Below, in pieces: positions 27,501 to 35,744 of a stretch of 64,000 bases of DNA; within the stretch, counting starts at the first letter, position 1; every line of letters starts with the position of its first letter. This DNA is from Verrucomicrobiales bacterium (lineage in GTDB: Bacteria; Verrucomicrobiota; Verrucomicrobiia; Verrucomicrobiales; DEV007), in NCBI GenBank assembly GCA_030730365.1, contig JANQVJ010000012.1, forward strand, positions 108,642-172,641. Direction: 5' to 3'. The notes beneath the pieces are model-generated. The model was not told where the DNA came from, did not search any database, and saw only the letters and a program-made list of their open reading frames with translations. The position numbers and the translations under genes are program-made.

Positions 27501-27743
27501 GCTATCGTCGGCCTTGCCCGGTATCACAACGGGATCGTTCCCGCCTTCGCCGAAGAAGCTCTGCTCGGTGTCGAGTCGCAGGTCCGCCTTACGGGTGCCG
27601 GAATCGGGACCGTGGCAATGGAAGCAGGCGTCCGCGAGGATGGGCCGCACGTCGCGGTTGAACGAGAGCGGAGTATCGGCGCCCTCGAGGCGCGAGACAG
27701 TGATGAGGGCCGTCGGGAGCAGAAAGAGAAATTTCCGGATCAT
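24579..27743 (-). CDS. PSD1 (DUF1553)/DUF1549/planctomycete cytochrome c protein with an inserted LamG (concanavalin-A-like) domain
   Basis: CFHCHGPD, WLDAARYADT, CAQCHDHKFD, FTISLWV...WQHLTVTYDG...LYVNG...LRLG LamG pattern, SHPELLDWLA, TPLQALVTLN. Confidence 0.92.
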   Translation of the reverse strand: MIRKFLFLLPTALITVSRLEGADTPLSFNRDVRPILADACFHCHGPDSGTRKADLRLDTEQSFFGEGGNDPVVIPGKADDSPLYDRLIADSPDDIMPPPDSHKELKPEQIEIIRRWINDGAKWQPHWSFVKPEQPALPEVSAKDRVSNPIDQFIFAGLDKAGLSPAPEADRRALARRVALDITGLPPTPAEVETFVADQDPKAYEKLIDQYLASPHWGEHRGRYWLDAARYADTHGLHFDNYREMWLYRDWVIGAFNRNLSFDQFTVEQIAGDLLPSPTEDQLIATGFQRCNMTTNEGGTIDEENIALYASDRVQTLGWIYLGLTLNCAQCHDHKFDPLSAKDYYSMAAFFRNTTQGPKDGNVKDSGPILVVPGDADRPRWTALPGEITAASTKRQERRNAAKPEFDTWLASATPAALEDTMPEDGLVAHLPLNEGKGPDLAARLPAGANFKATGELAWAAGGKFGQAPVLKKETPIELGDLGNFARNEPFTISLWVRSPKDGFSGSIIARMDDKAAHRGWDILQENRNLAFHLIDTWPENALKVTTTRAVLSPGQWQHLTVTYDGSGKPGGVKLYVNGADTPLRATTDKLKADAETRTNTPLRLGQRSTGMFFEDGQVQDLRLFTKRLTPAEAASLHQLPALNAALAAGEKRKPEQTESLFANYLATRDKPWQDLNLAVAKLEGERDTIKGRSPVTHIQEEKKDSPAMANILERGAYDMVGEQVAAAPPAVLHPLPEGAPANRLGLAKWLVDPQNPLTARVTVNRFWQEIFGTGIVATPDDFGLMGAAPSHPELLDWLALTFIESGWDTKALFKTILMSSAYRQSAMATPDKIEKDRDNRLLSRGPRYRMDGEMIRDSALAASGTLSTTMGGPGTKPYQPENVWETVGMGNAKYAQDKGDGLYRRTVYNYWKRMAPPASMEIFNAPNREVSCLKRDRTNTPLQALVTLNDPQFIEAARRLATLALQESKGDDEHTLDLIARRLLSRPLSEVEKNLMQSSHHSLLSHYQTTPEDTAALLAVGENPAEKAIAPPVLAAWTMVCNQLMNLDEALNK

Positions 27744-28109
27744 GGATAGTTTTCGAAGGGATCGGGGGGTAGGGATGCCGATTTAGCGAGAGAACCTACC
27801 GTTAAACGTCGTCCAAACCTGTAAAACTTACGCCAAAAATCGGGTCGCAGGGTCCGCAATCGTGGTGTGTCGGCGGGATTGGATAATCAAATGCCCTTGC
27901 GGTGGCGCGGGCCGGATTTTCCGAAGGGCTCTTCCCGCCGAGCTGTATGGGCACATACTGCCCGTGGACAATTCGGGCCGGAACGAAGAAGGCGCGGGCC
28001 GCAGCCAGTCGCAGTAGAACGGGTGTGAGAAATGCTGGTTAATGGTATCCTTTGTAAGCTTCAGGTCAATTTGCCCGTATTCACGCGCCATATCCTTATT
28101 TCCCCGTCC

Positions 28110-28925
28110 ATGAAAAAATACCCGCGTCCTTACCCCCTGATCGCCGCCTTTATTCTCGCCCTGGCGCTGGTCGTCATCAGCGGCAACATTATCATCGCCA
28201 AAAAGGTCGTCGCGCATCTCATCCTTCCGGCGGGATTTCTCTGGGTTCTGGGATTCGCCGCGATCTTTGTCCGTGGCCTTTCCCGTCGGGGACGCGCCGT
28301 GCTCGTCGCGGGGTGGTTCCTCTACTCCCTCGCGGGCAGTCCTTACGTCGGGGTGGCGCTGCTGCGGGTGCTCGAGGAGCCCTATTATGCCTCCGAGCAG
28401 CCTGCGGAAAAGCTTGATGCTCTCGTCCTCCTCGGCGGTGGCACCGGTCTCTCGCCCGGGGGCCGGCCCGCCCTCGGAACGCATGGTGATAGGCTTACCC
28501 GACCGGTTATCCTCTTTCGTGAGGGCCTTGTCGGCACCCTCATCACGACCGGACGCAGCATCACCGAGGCGGGGGAGGACAGGCTGCTCTCCCGCGAGAC
28601 CTCCCTGATCTGGCAGGGGCTGGGCGTCCCTGCCTGCGTCATCGTCGAAGTGCCCGAGCCCCGGACTACGAGAGAGGAACTGGCGGCCGTGGCGAAGCTG
28701 ATCGCAAAGCACCCCGAGTGGAAAAAGGTCGGCCTTTCGAGCTCGGCCTCGCACCTGCCTCGTGCCCTGCAGGAGGCCCGGTCGCAGGGACTCGACCTCG
28801 TTCCGGTGCCGAGTGATTTCAGGTCAGGTAGCCTGATTTTTTCGGCCCTCTATCTCGTGCCGCAGGGACGGGGATTTCGCGATGTGCAAACGGCCTTGTG
28901 GGAGTTTCTCGGCAGTGTGATGTGA
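28110..28925 (+). CDS. YdcF/ElyC-like (DUF218) membrane protein
   Basis: Three N-terminal TMs, DALVLLGGG, LITTG, RTTREE, SSASHLPRA. Start estimated. Confidence 0.85.
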   Translation: MKKYPRPYPLIAAFILALALVVISGNIIIAKKVVAHLILPAGFLWVLGFAAIFVRGLSRRGRAVLVAGWFLYSLAGSPYVGVALLRVLEEPYYASEQPAEKLDALVLLGGGTGLSPGGRPALGTHGDRLTRPVILFREGLVGTLITTGRSITEAGEDRLLSRETSLIWQGLGVPACVIVEVPEPRTTREELAAVAKLIAKHPEWKKVGLSSSASHLPRALQEARSQGLDLVPVPSDFRSGSLIFSALYLVPQGRGFRDVQTALWEFLGSVM

Positions 28926-29095
28926 GGTTCTGTGTCCCAGCCCTGTGCAGCTTTGAGTGAGCAGACTCCTTTCTGAATTTACAAAAAGTCACAAAGACAC
29001 GAAGCGCGGAGATCGTGTTCCTGCCGGCGTGATCGGGCCGTGATTTCTGTTTACCGCAGAGAGCTGGGGCAGTATGGTTCGGTTTACTTTATCCG

Positions 29096-30622
29096 ATGAA
29101 ATTCTCCTGCCTTCTCGTTTCCCTTCTCGTCCTCGTCTCACCGGCATCCTCAGAGGAGAGACGCCCGAATATCCTTTTTATCCTTGTCGATGATCAGTCT
29201 CCCTTTGATCTCAAGGTCTATGACCCTGCCTCTACGCTGGAGACCCCGCATCTAGACAAGCTCGCTGCTGAGGGCATGGTGATCGATCGGGCCTATCACA
29301 TGGGCGGTTTCGTCGGCGCGGTCTGCACGCCCTCGCGCCACATGATCATGTCGGGTCGCACCCTCTGGCACCTTCCTATCGGACCTCTCGCGCAAACGCA
29401 TTGCCCGCCTCATCTGGAAAAAGAAACGATCCCCGCTGTTTTTAATCGTGCCGGCTACGACACCATGCGCACCTGCAAAAACGGCAACAGCTACGAGGCG
29501 GCAAACAAGGAATTCACCGTGCGCCGCGACGCCTCGAAGCGCGGCGGCGACGCCGAGTCCGGTAGTGCCTGGCACGCGGAACAGGTACTCGGCTATCTCA
29601 AGACGCGCGAAGAAACAAAGGACGTCGATCCGTTTTTTATCTACTTCGGCTTCTCCCATCCCCACGATACCCGCGATGGCACGCCTGAGTTGCTCGCAAA
29701 GTATGGGGCCACCAATCACACCGACGAGGCAACCCTACCGCCCCTGAATGCGAAGGCTCCGGCCTTGCCCCAAAACTGGCTGCCCGACTATCCCTTTTTT
29801 CACGGCCACCCTGATCTCCGCGACGAAGTAGCGGTGAGCGGCGTTTGGAAAAATCGTGATTCGATCACGATTCGCAATGAAGTCGGACGCGAGTATGCCT
29901 GTGTCGAGAACATCGATATCCAGATCGGTCGTGTCCTCACGAGACTCGAGGCCATGGGTGAGTTGGAGAATACCTACATCATTTACACCTCAGACCACGG
30001 CATTGCGATCGGCCGCCATGCGATGATGGGAAAACAAAATCTCTACGAACATTCCTGGCGAGTACCTTACCTCGTGAAGGGGCCGGGCATCAACGCGGGT
30101 AGCCGTGCCGATGGAAACATCTATCTGCTCGACACTCTCGCAACGGTCTGCGATCTCGCGGGGATCGAGGTTCCGCCGACGAATGAAGGGCAAAGTTTTA
30201 AGCCTGTCCTCACCGGGGGAAAGGAGACTATCCGCGACAGCATTTACGGCGTCTACAATGGCGGAACCAAGCCCGGGATGCGGAGTGTGCGCAAGGGTGA
30301 TTGGAAGATGATCCAATACGATGTGATGGACGGGTCGGTGCGCGAGACACAGCTTTTCAATCTCGATGAGAACCCCGACGAGTTCCTAGTAGAACATCAC
30401 GATCCCGCCGTCGTCGCCCTCACCGGGGTAACGCCGGAAGCGCATCAGCGCGACCTCGCCGAGGATCCGAAATATGCTGACAAGCTGGCTGAGATGAAGT
30501 CGCTCTTGCTGGAAGAAATGCGGAAATACGACGATCCCTGGCGGATGTGGGACCAACCCGACGACGGGCTCATCCCGCCGGTGGAGAAGGCCCTGAAGAA
30601 GAAGGGTGGGAAGTCCAATTGA
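29096..30622 (+). CDS. Secreted sulfatase
   Basis: Signal peptide, RPNILFILVDDQ, CTPSR, PHD, YTSDHG, MGKQNLYE. Confidence 0.92.
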   Translation: MKFSCLLVSLLVLVSPASSEERRPNILFILVDDQSPFDLKVYDPASTLETPHLDKLAAEGMVIDRAYHMGGFVGAVCTPSRHMIMSGRTLWHLPIGPLAQTHCPPHLEKETIPAVFNRAGYDTMRTCKNGNSYEAANKEFTVRRDASKRGGDAESGSAWHAEQVLGYLKTREETKDVDPFFIYFGFSHPHDTRDGTPELLAKYGATNHTDEATLPPLNAKAPALPQNWLPDYPFFHGHPDLRDEVAVSGVWKNRDSITIRNEVGREYACVENIDIQIGRVLTRLEAMGELENTYIIYTSDHGIAIGRHAMMGKQNLYEHSWRVPYLVKGPGINAGSRADGNIYLLDTLATVCDLAGIEVPPTNEGQSFKPVLTGGKETIRDSIYGVYNGGTKPGMRSVRKGDWKMIQYDVMDGSVRETQLFNLDENPDEFLVEHHDPAVVALTGVTPEAHQRDLAEDPKYADKLAEMKSLLLEEMRKYDDPWRMWDQPDDGLIPPVEKALKKKGGKSN

Positions 30623-30626
30623 TTTC

Positions 30627-30664
30627 CTCTCACAGCGGTGACCCCCTGGTCGCCACTGCGAGAG
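30627..30664. terminator. Imperfect hairpin between convergent genes (possible terminator or repeat remnant)
   Basis: CTCTC-A-CAGCGGTGACC / GGTCGCCACTG-C-GAGAG, 4-nt loop, just after the sulfatase stop. No clear T-tract. Confidence 0.35.
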
Positions 30665-30802
30665 TCGAGCGCAGACCCCGATCGAGCTTCCCGACCCGGT
30701 ATCGGTGCAGGGTAGCTCCGTCGGGCCCCGGCGCCGCTTGGGTGTGCAGGGTGGCGTGAACGCCAAACCGGTTCCCGAGCCGATCTTCGCTACCAAATCA
30801 CC

Positions 30803-33800
30803 TCACTTCTTAAACCGCTCGTCGTCCGCGTTCCCACCGCTCAGCACATAGGCGACGAGGTCGAGGACTTCGTCTTTGCTCAGCATAGCGAGCAGCATCG
30901 GCGGCATGGGGGAGACTTTGGAAACTTCCATCGTCTTCACTTCCTTGCGGTCCACGTTGGTGCGCTGGTTAGGGTCGGAAAGGTCTGTGTTGAGGGTGAC
31001 GCTGTCACCGTTGAGATTGACGACGACACCGCTGACGACGTCGCCGTTGTTGAGGGTGACGATGACGGGGGCGAACTGCTCGTTGATCTCCTTGCTGGGA
31101 TTGATGATCTGGTCAAGGAAGTCGTGAGGAGAATAGCGTCCTCCCGCTCCGGTGAGGTCGGGACCGTTCATGCCGCCTCCGTCGCCGAAGCGATGGCAGG
31201 CGTAGCAGGCGGTGGCGGCGAACATCTTGCGTCCCGTCTCGAAGTCGCGTTTCTCCATCCCGGTCTCGGCGGCGGCACTGAGTTCTTCAAGCGTCCACAT
31301 CGTCGGGGTGCGTCCGGCGAAGACGGTACCGAGATTCTCGATCACTGAAATGCGCTCGGGCTTCTTCGCGATCAATTCGGAGAGGTCCGCTTTCTCGGTC
31401 GCGGTGAAGGTGGTGAGGGCGTCGTTGCGGATGAACTCGATGAACTTGTCGAAGCTCGAGCCGCCGCGGTAGTTCGCCGCTTTGAGGAACCACTCGAGGT
31501 AGGCGGTGCGGAGCTCTTTCGTCCAGCCGACGGTGACAAAACGCAGGCTCCGGGCATACTCGAGCTGCTCTTCCTGCGAGACGGCGTCGCTGAGAAGGGC
31601 GATCCCTTTGGCGGCTATCTCAGGCGACTGGAGGTAGGCGAGGGTCTCGGCGAGGAGCCAGTTCAGCGGAAAGGACTTGGCGGGGAAAACCGGATCGAGG
31701 TCGGCGATGAGCTTTTTTGTCATCTCCTCGGTCGCTCCGTCAAAGCGGTTCAGCGTGACCTGCACGGTGCGAACGAGGGTGGACCGGGAATGGGGCGGCA
31801 GGGCGGCGAAGTCGATCGCGATGAGCGCCTCGAGGATACTGTCACGCAGAGCAATGTCGACCGGTGGAGTCGGTGTCGCTCCCTCGGGGACGGCTGCTGC
31901 CTCGATCGCTTTTTCACCGGCGGGCGCGCCGAGCGGTTTGGCGGGGACGCGGTGGTAGGGGCAGATGCCGCCGAGACGGGCGAGGGCGAGGAGGGCCTCG
32001 GTCTGCTTCACGGGATCGGTCTCGGCGAGGGCTTTCTCTTTCCAGCTCGCGAGGGGCTGGTGCTCGAGGATGGTGCGGGCGGCCCAGCGAATGTGGCGGT
32101 CGTCGCTGGAGAGGTGCGCCCAGGCGGCGGCGATCGCTTTGGGGTCGGCTTTGCCGTGGTAGGCCTCGAGCTCGTGGCGCAGCTTCGCGGCGTCGGTGAT
32201 GGTGGTGTCAGGCACGACCGGGGCGGTGTCTTCGCTGCCGGTGTAGGTGACGCGATAGAGTCCGGACTGGACGCGGCGTCCGCCGATCGCGAAGTACATC
32301 GCGCCGTCGCCGGGATGGATGAAGGCATCGGTCACGGGCAGAGGAGAGCCTGAGATGAAGTCCTCTTTCACGCCCGTGTAGCTCGCGCCATTGGCTTCGA
32401 GATGGACGGCGTAGATTTTGCCCCAGCTCCAATCAAGGATGTAAAAGGCGTTCTGATACTTGGCGGGAAATTTCGCGCCGTAGCCGAAGGTCGTGCCGGT
32501 CGGTGACCCGGGGCCGATGTTCACGGTCGAGGGGAGATTGTCGGCGTAAAACTCGGGGAACTTGCCGGCGCCGTTGCGCCAGCCGAATTCGCCGCCGCTG
32601 ACGACGTGGTTCACACGGGTGGGGCGATACCAGGGGGTGTTGAAGTCATACTCCATGTCCGCGTCGTAAGTGAAGAGCTCACCGGCGTGATTGACCGAGG
32701 CGTCGTAGATGTTGCGGAAGCCCGAGGAGAAACGGGAGAAGGACTTTCCGTCGCGCGAGACGCGGTAGATGATGCCGCCGGGGGCGAGGACGTGGCGGTT
32801 GTGGCCGCGACCGTCGGGCATGCGGTCGAGGAGGTGGTCTTCGCCCCAGATCGCGGGCACCGGCGACGCGGGATCGGCTTCGGTCAGGCCGGTGTTGTTG
32901 CCGCAGATCAGGTAGAAGTCGTCGCTCCCGGGGACAGGCACGACGGCATGGACACCGTGGTCGCCCCGCGCTTCCAAAACCCGAAGCGTCTCGACTTTAT
33001 CGAGTTGATCGTCGCCGTTGCTGTCGGTGATTTTGTAAAAGCCGCTCGGGATTTTCTGCTCGTAGTCGTTCACCCCGACATAGAGTGCGCCGTCGGCGAA
33101 GTGCATGCCGTTGATTGCGCGAATGTCGGCGGGGACTTTTTCCACGGCCTTCGGATCGAGCGGCTGTCCGGCGGCGGGGGCAGGGAAGCGGTAGAGTCCG
33201 CCGTATTGATCGCTCGCATAGATGCGGCCTTTGTCATCGGCGCAGAGGGCGACCCACGAGCCGAGTTCGACCCCGGGGACGGAGTAGAGCAGTTCGACTT
33301 GGAAACCTTCGGGCGCCTTGATGCGCGAGACGGGTGTAGCGATATTTTCGCCAATAGCGGGGCCGACCTGGGCCGGGCGGGCGGGAGCTTTGGCCTTGCC
33401 TTTTTCGTTCGCCTTGCCTTTGCCGGGAGCGCCTCCCTTGGGAGCGTCATCTGCTTTGCCCTTTGCTTTTGGGGCACCCTTCGGCGCCGGAGGCATGATC
33501 TCCTGTGCATCGTTCGGCAGATCGGCTTTGGAGAAGGGGTTGACTCCATCGTCGGGCAGGACCTTGAGCTGCACGTCTTTGATCGAGACGATCATGGCGG
33601 GACCGCGGTGGATCTGGAAGGCGAGGAGACCCTCGAGGGCACGCCCGGCCTCGTCGTAGTCGTGCAGTTCGGTGGCGAGCTTGCCGTTGATCTGGTGGAC
33701 GAGGTGATTGCCCGTCGCGACGATGGTGTATTCATTCCACTCGGCGATGTCGACGGCGACGGGGTCGCGATCACCGGTGAGCCACTTTTTTGCCTGCGGA

Positions 33801-34237
33801 TCGACGACGACGGTTTGTCCGTTTTTCGCGACGATGCCGCGGCCGCGCTCGTGGTAGACCATCGCGTTGTTCTGAGCGGTGGGGTGGACGTCGCACTGGT
33901 AGCCGCCGATGGACCACTTCCCGTTTTCGGGCAGTTCCTTCGAGCGATACTGAATGCCGCTGTTGTTCTTGCCCTCGACTTTCATCTTCACGCGGAGCTC
34001 GAAGTTCTTCAGGGTGCCCCCGCGCCAGATGAGGAATTGATTGTAGGCGAGGTCTTCGGGGGCCTTGGTCGTCCCGACGATGGCTCCGTCGGCAACCGTC
34101 CAGAGATCGGGATTGCCGTCCCAGCCGGTGAGGTCTTTGCCGTTGAAGAGATCGACGAAGCCCTCCTCCGCGTGCGAGGGGAGAAAGGCGAAGAGCGCGG
34201 CTAAAAGCAGCGAGAGAAGACGAAGGAGGGATTTCAT
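30803..34237 (-). CDS. DUF1080 domain + PVC-type GDH-like propeller + cytochrome c protein
   Basis: LFNGKDLTGW, NSGIQYR, GYQCD, WNEYTI (DUF1080), Lys/Ala/Pro-rich linker, GFRNIYD, CYACH, GPDLTG, SPMPP. Start estimated at MKSLL. Confidence 0.88.
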   Translation of the reverse strand: MKSLLRLLSLLLAALFAFLPSHAEEGFVDLFNGKDLTGWDGNPDLWTVADGAIVGTTKAPEDLAYNQFLIWRGGTLKNFELRVKMKVEGKNNSGIQYRSKELPENGKWSIGGYQCDVHPTAQNNAMVYHERGRGIVAKNGQTVVVDPQAKKWLTGDRDPVAVDIAEWNEYTIVATGNHLVHQINGKLATELHDYDEAGRALEGLLAFQIHRGPAMIVSIKDVQLKVLPDDGVNPFSKADLPNDAQEIMPPAPKGAPKAKGKADDAPKGGAPGKGKANEKGKAKAPARPAQVGPAIGENIATPVSRIKAPEGFQVELLYSVPGVELGSWVALCADDKGRIYASDQYGGLYRFPAPAAGQPLDPKAVEKVPADIRAINGMHFADGALYVGVNDYEQKIPSGFYKITDSNGDDQLDKVETLRVLEARGDHGVHAVVPVPGSDDFYLICGNNTGLTEADPASPVPAIWGEDHLLDRMPDGRGHNRHVLAPGGIIYRVSRDGKSFSRFSSGFRNIYDASVNHAGELFTYDADMEYDFNTPWYRPTRVNHVVSGGEFGWRNGAGKFPEFYADNLPSTVNIGPGSPTGTTFGYGAKFPAKYQNAFYILDWSWGKIYAVHLEANGASYTGVKEDFISGSPLPVTDAFIHPGDGAMYFAIGGRRVQSGLYRVTYTGSEDTAPVVPDTTITDAAKLRHELEAYHGKADPKAIAAAWAHLSSDDRHIRWAARTILEHQPLASWKEKALAETDPVKQTEALLALARLGGICPYHRVPAKPLGAPAGEKAIEAAAVPEGATPTPPVDIALRDSILEALIAIDFAALPPHSRSTLVRTVQVTLNRFDGATEEMTKKLIADLDPVFPAKSFPLNWLLAETLAYLQSPEIAAKGIALLSDAVSQEEQLEYARSLRFVTVGWTKELRTAYLEWFLKAANYRGGSSFDKFIEFIRNDALTTFTATEKADLSELIAKKPERISVIENLGTVFAGRTPTMWTLEELSAAAETGMEKRDFETGRKMFAATACYACHRFGDGGGMNGPDLTGAGGRYSPHDFLDQIINPSKEINEQFAPVIVTLNNGDVVSGVVVNLNGDSVTLNTDLSDPNQRTNVDRKEVKTMEVSKVSPMPPMLLAMLSKDEVLDLVAYVLSGGNADDERFKK

Positions 34238-34361
34238 AAGGTAAAGATGACGGATTTCCAACCCCGCTGCACGCTCAAAGTCGCGTGAGGGATGGCAAGG
34301 TTTGTGTCGGAATCGGGTAGAGGACGAAATCCGGCTTCGTGATACGTTTTAATAGCCTTCG

Positions 34362-35456
34362 TCACCCCAACCCGAATTCCCCCTCCGCCAGTCGCGCCCC
34401 GTTGACCTGCACTTCAACCCGGTGTGTCCCGGGGTAATGTCTCCGGGTTGTGAAGTCCCGAATGGTCTGGCGTTTTTCCAGAGTGACAGTTTCGCCGGAG
34501 GCGAGGTCGAGCTCTTTCCATTTGAAGACTTTTTCGGATGTCCCGCCGGATTGCTTCACGTAGTGGACGACGTAGTCGATAAGGAGCCGCTGGGACTTTG
34601 AAGCGGTCGAGGTGAGGTGGAGGAAAAGCTGAATCCTCTCTCCGAGGGTGACTGCGGTCGGGGAAACGGCGAACGAATCGATCCGCACTTTTGCCGCTTC
34701 GCCGGCACCCATGAGGGCTAGGGCTCCGGCATGACTCTCTTTGATCAGGGTGCGCAGAGCACGTTTCGCGATCCAGGCGGTGTGGGGGTGGTCGCGGTCC
34801 CACGAGTGGAGGACGGAAAGGGTTTTGTCAGGGTGATCTTTGGAGATGTCGTTGAGGTGATTCGCGACGGACTTGCGCACATAGAGGCTGGGATCGGCGC
34901 GCAGGTTTTCGATGATGGGCAGGGCGGGCGCGGGATCGGCGACGAGTTCGACGAGGCGGAAGGACCACGGGAGGCGGGGGCGACAGCCTTCGCTCGCGAG
35001 ACGGCGGACGTGTTCGTCGGGATCGTGCGACCATTCGTGCATGACCGCGAGGGTGCGATGGAGATCGCGCTTGAGGAACTCGCGGATCGCGAATTCGGAA
35101 GAGCCGAAGGGCGTGAAAAATTTTAAGGCCTCCATCGAGGTATCGAAATGGTCGTGTCCGTAGAGACTCACAAAATCGGGCAGAAAAAGCGTCACGAAGT
35201 GGTGGTCGATCAGCGGTGCGAGCTGACGCAGGACCTCGAGCGATTCTTCATAGTCGAGGGACAGGGCGGCGCGGGTGGCCTCGCTCATGCGGCGGAGACG
35301 TTGCAGAAGTGAGGTGTTGTCGAGTCCGTCGAGGGAGAGGTTGAGAAAACGTTTCCGGTCGAAGCGCGGGTCGAGTGCGACGAGTTGACCGGCGATGGAG
35401 CGGAAGCGGGTTTCGTCAAACCAGTCTTTGAGAGCGGGCGCGGCCTCGGCGGTCAT
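34362..35456 (-). CDS. DNA alkylation repair protein (AlkD-like HEAT-repeat family, COG4335-like)
   Basis: SSEFAIREFL, HVRRLASEGCRPRLPW, DPSLYVRKSVANHLNDISKDHP, ALRTLIK. Start estimated. Confidence 0.85.
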   Translation of the reverse strand: MTAEAAPALKDWFDETRFRSIAGQLVALDPRFDRKRFLNLSLDGLDNTSLLQRLRRMSEATRAALSLDYEESLEVLRQLAPLIDHHFVTLFLPDFVSLYGHDHFDTSMEALKFFTPFGSSEFAIREFLKRDLHRTLAVMHEWSHDPDEHVRRLASEGCRPRLPWSFRLVELVADPAPALPIIENLRADPSLYVRKSVANHLNDISKDHPDKTLSVLHSWDRDHPHTAWIAKRALRTLIKESHAGALALMGAGEAAKVRIDSFAVSPTAVTLGERIQLFLHLTSTASKSQRLLIDYVVHYVKQSGGTSEKVFKWKELDLASGETVTLEKRQTIRDFTTRRHYPGTHRVEVQVNGARLAEGEFGLG

Positions 35457-35640
35457 AAAGGTTCGATTTTGGGGGAAGTGATTTCGGTCTTGGCCGACAG
35501 TCTTTTTAAAACGGAATCGAAAACGATTCCCCGTCAAGGCATATCGGGAGAGCGGTTTGGCGGCGTCTCGGTCCCGCGCGAGTCGCTGACCCGCCCCCGA
35601 CCGGTAAAAATGCTTGTGAAATTGCCCATGCCCCCTACAT

Positions 35641-35744
35641 TTCCGACCCCCGACCGCTTGCAGGTGCTCCAGGAGTGGTCGGGTTAACCAAACGGAGCAA
35701 TGTCGGAAGGCTTACTAACCAGTAACTAACCCCAACCTTAATAT
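35641..35744 (+). promoter_or_regulatory. Structured rpsA 5' leader lacking a Shine-Dalgarno sequence
   Basis: 10-bp stem 35649-58/35674-83. Loop TGCTCC (35665-70) is complementary to GGAGCA (35694-99). A/C-rich ACTAAC x2 before the ATG. Candidate promoter TTGTGA-N16-TACATT at 35614-35641. Confidence 0.5.
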
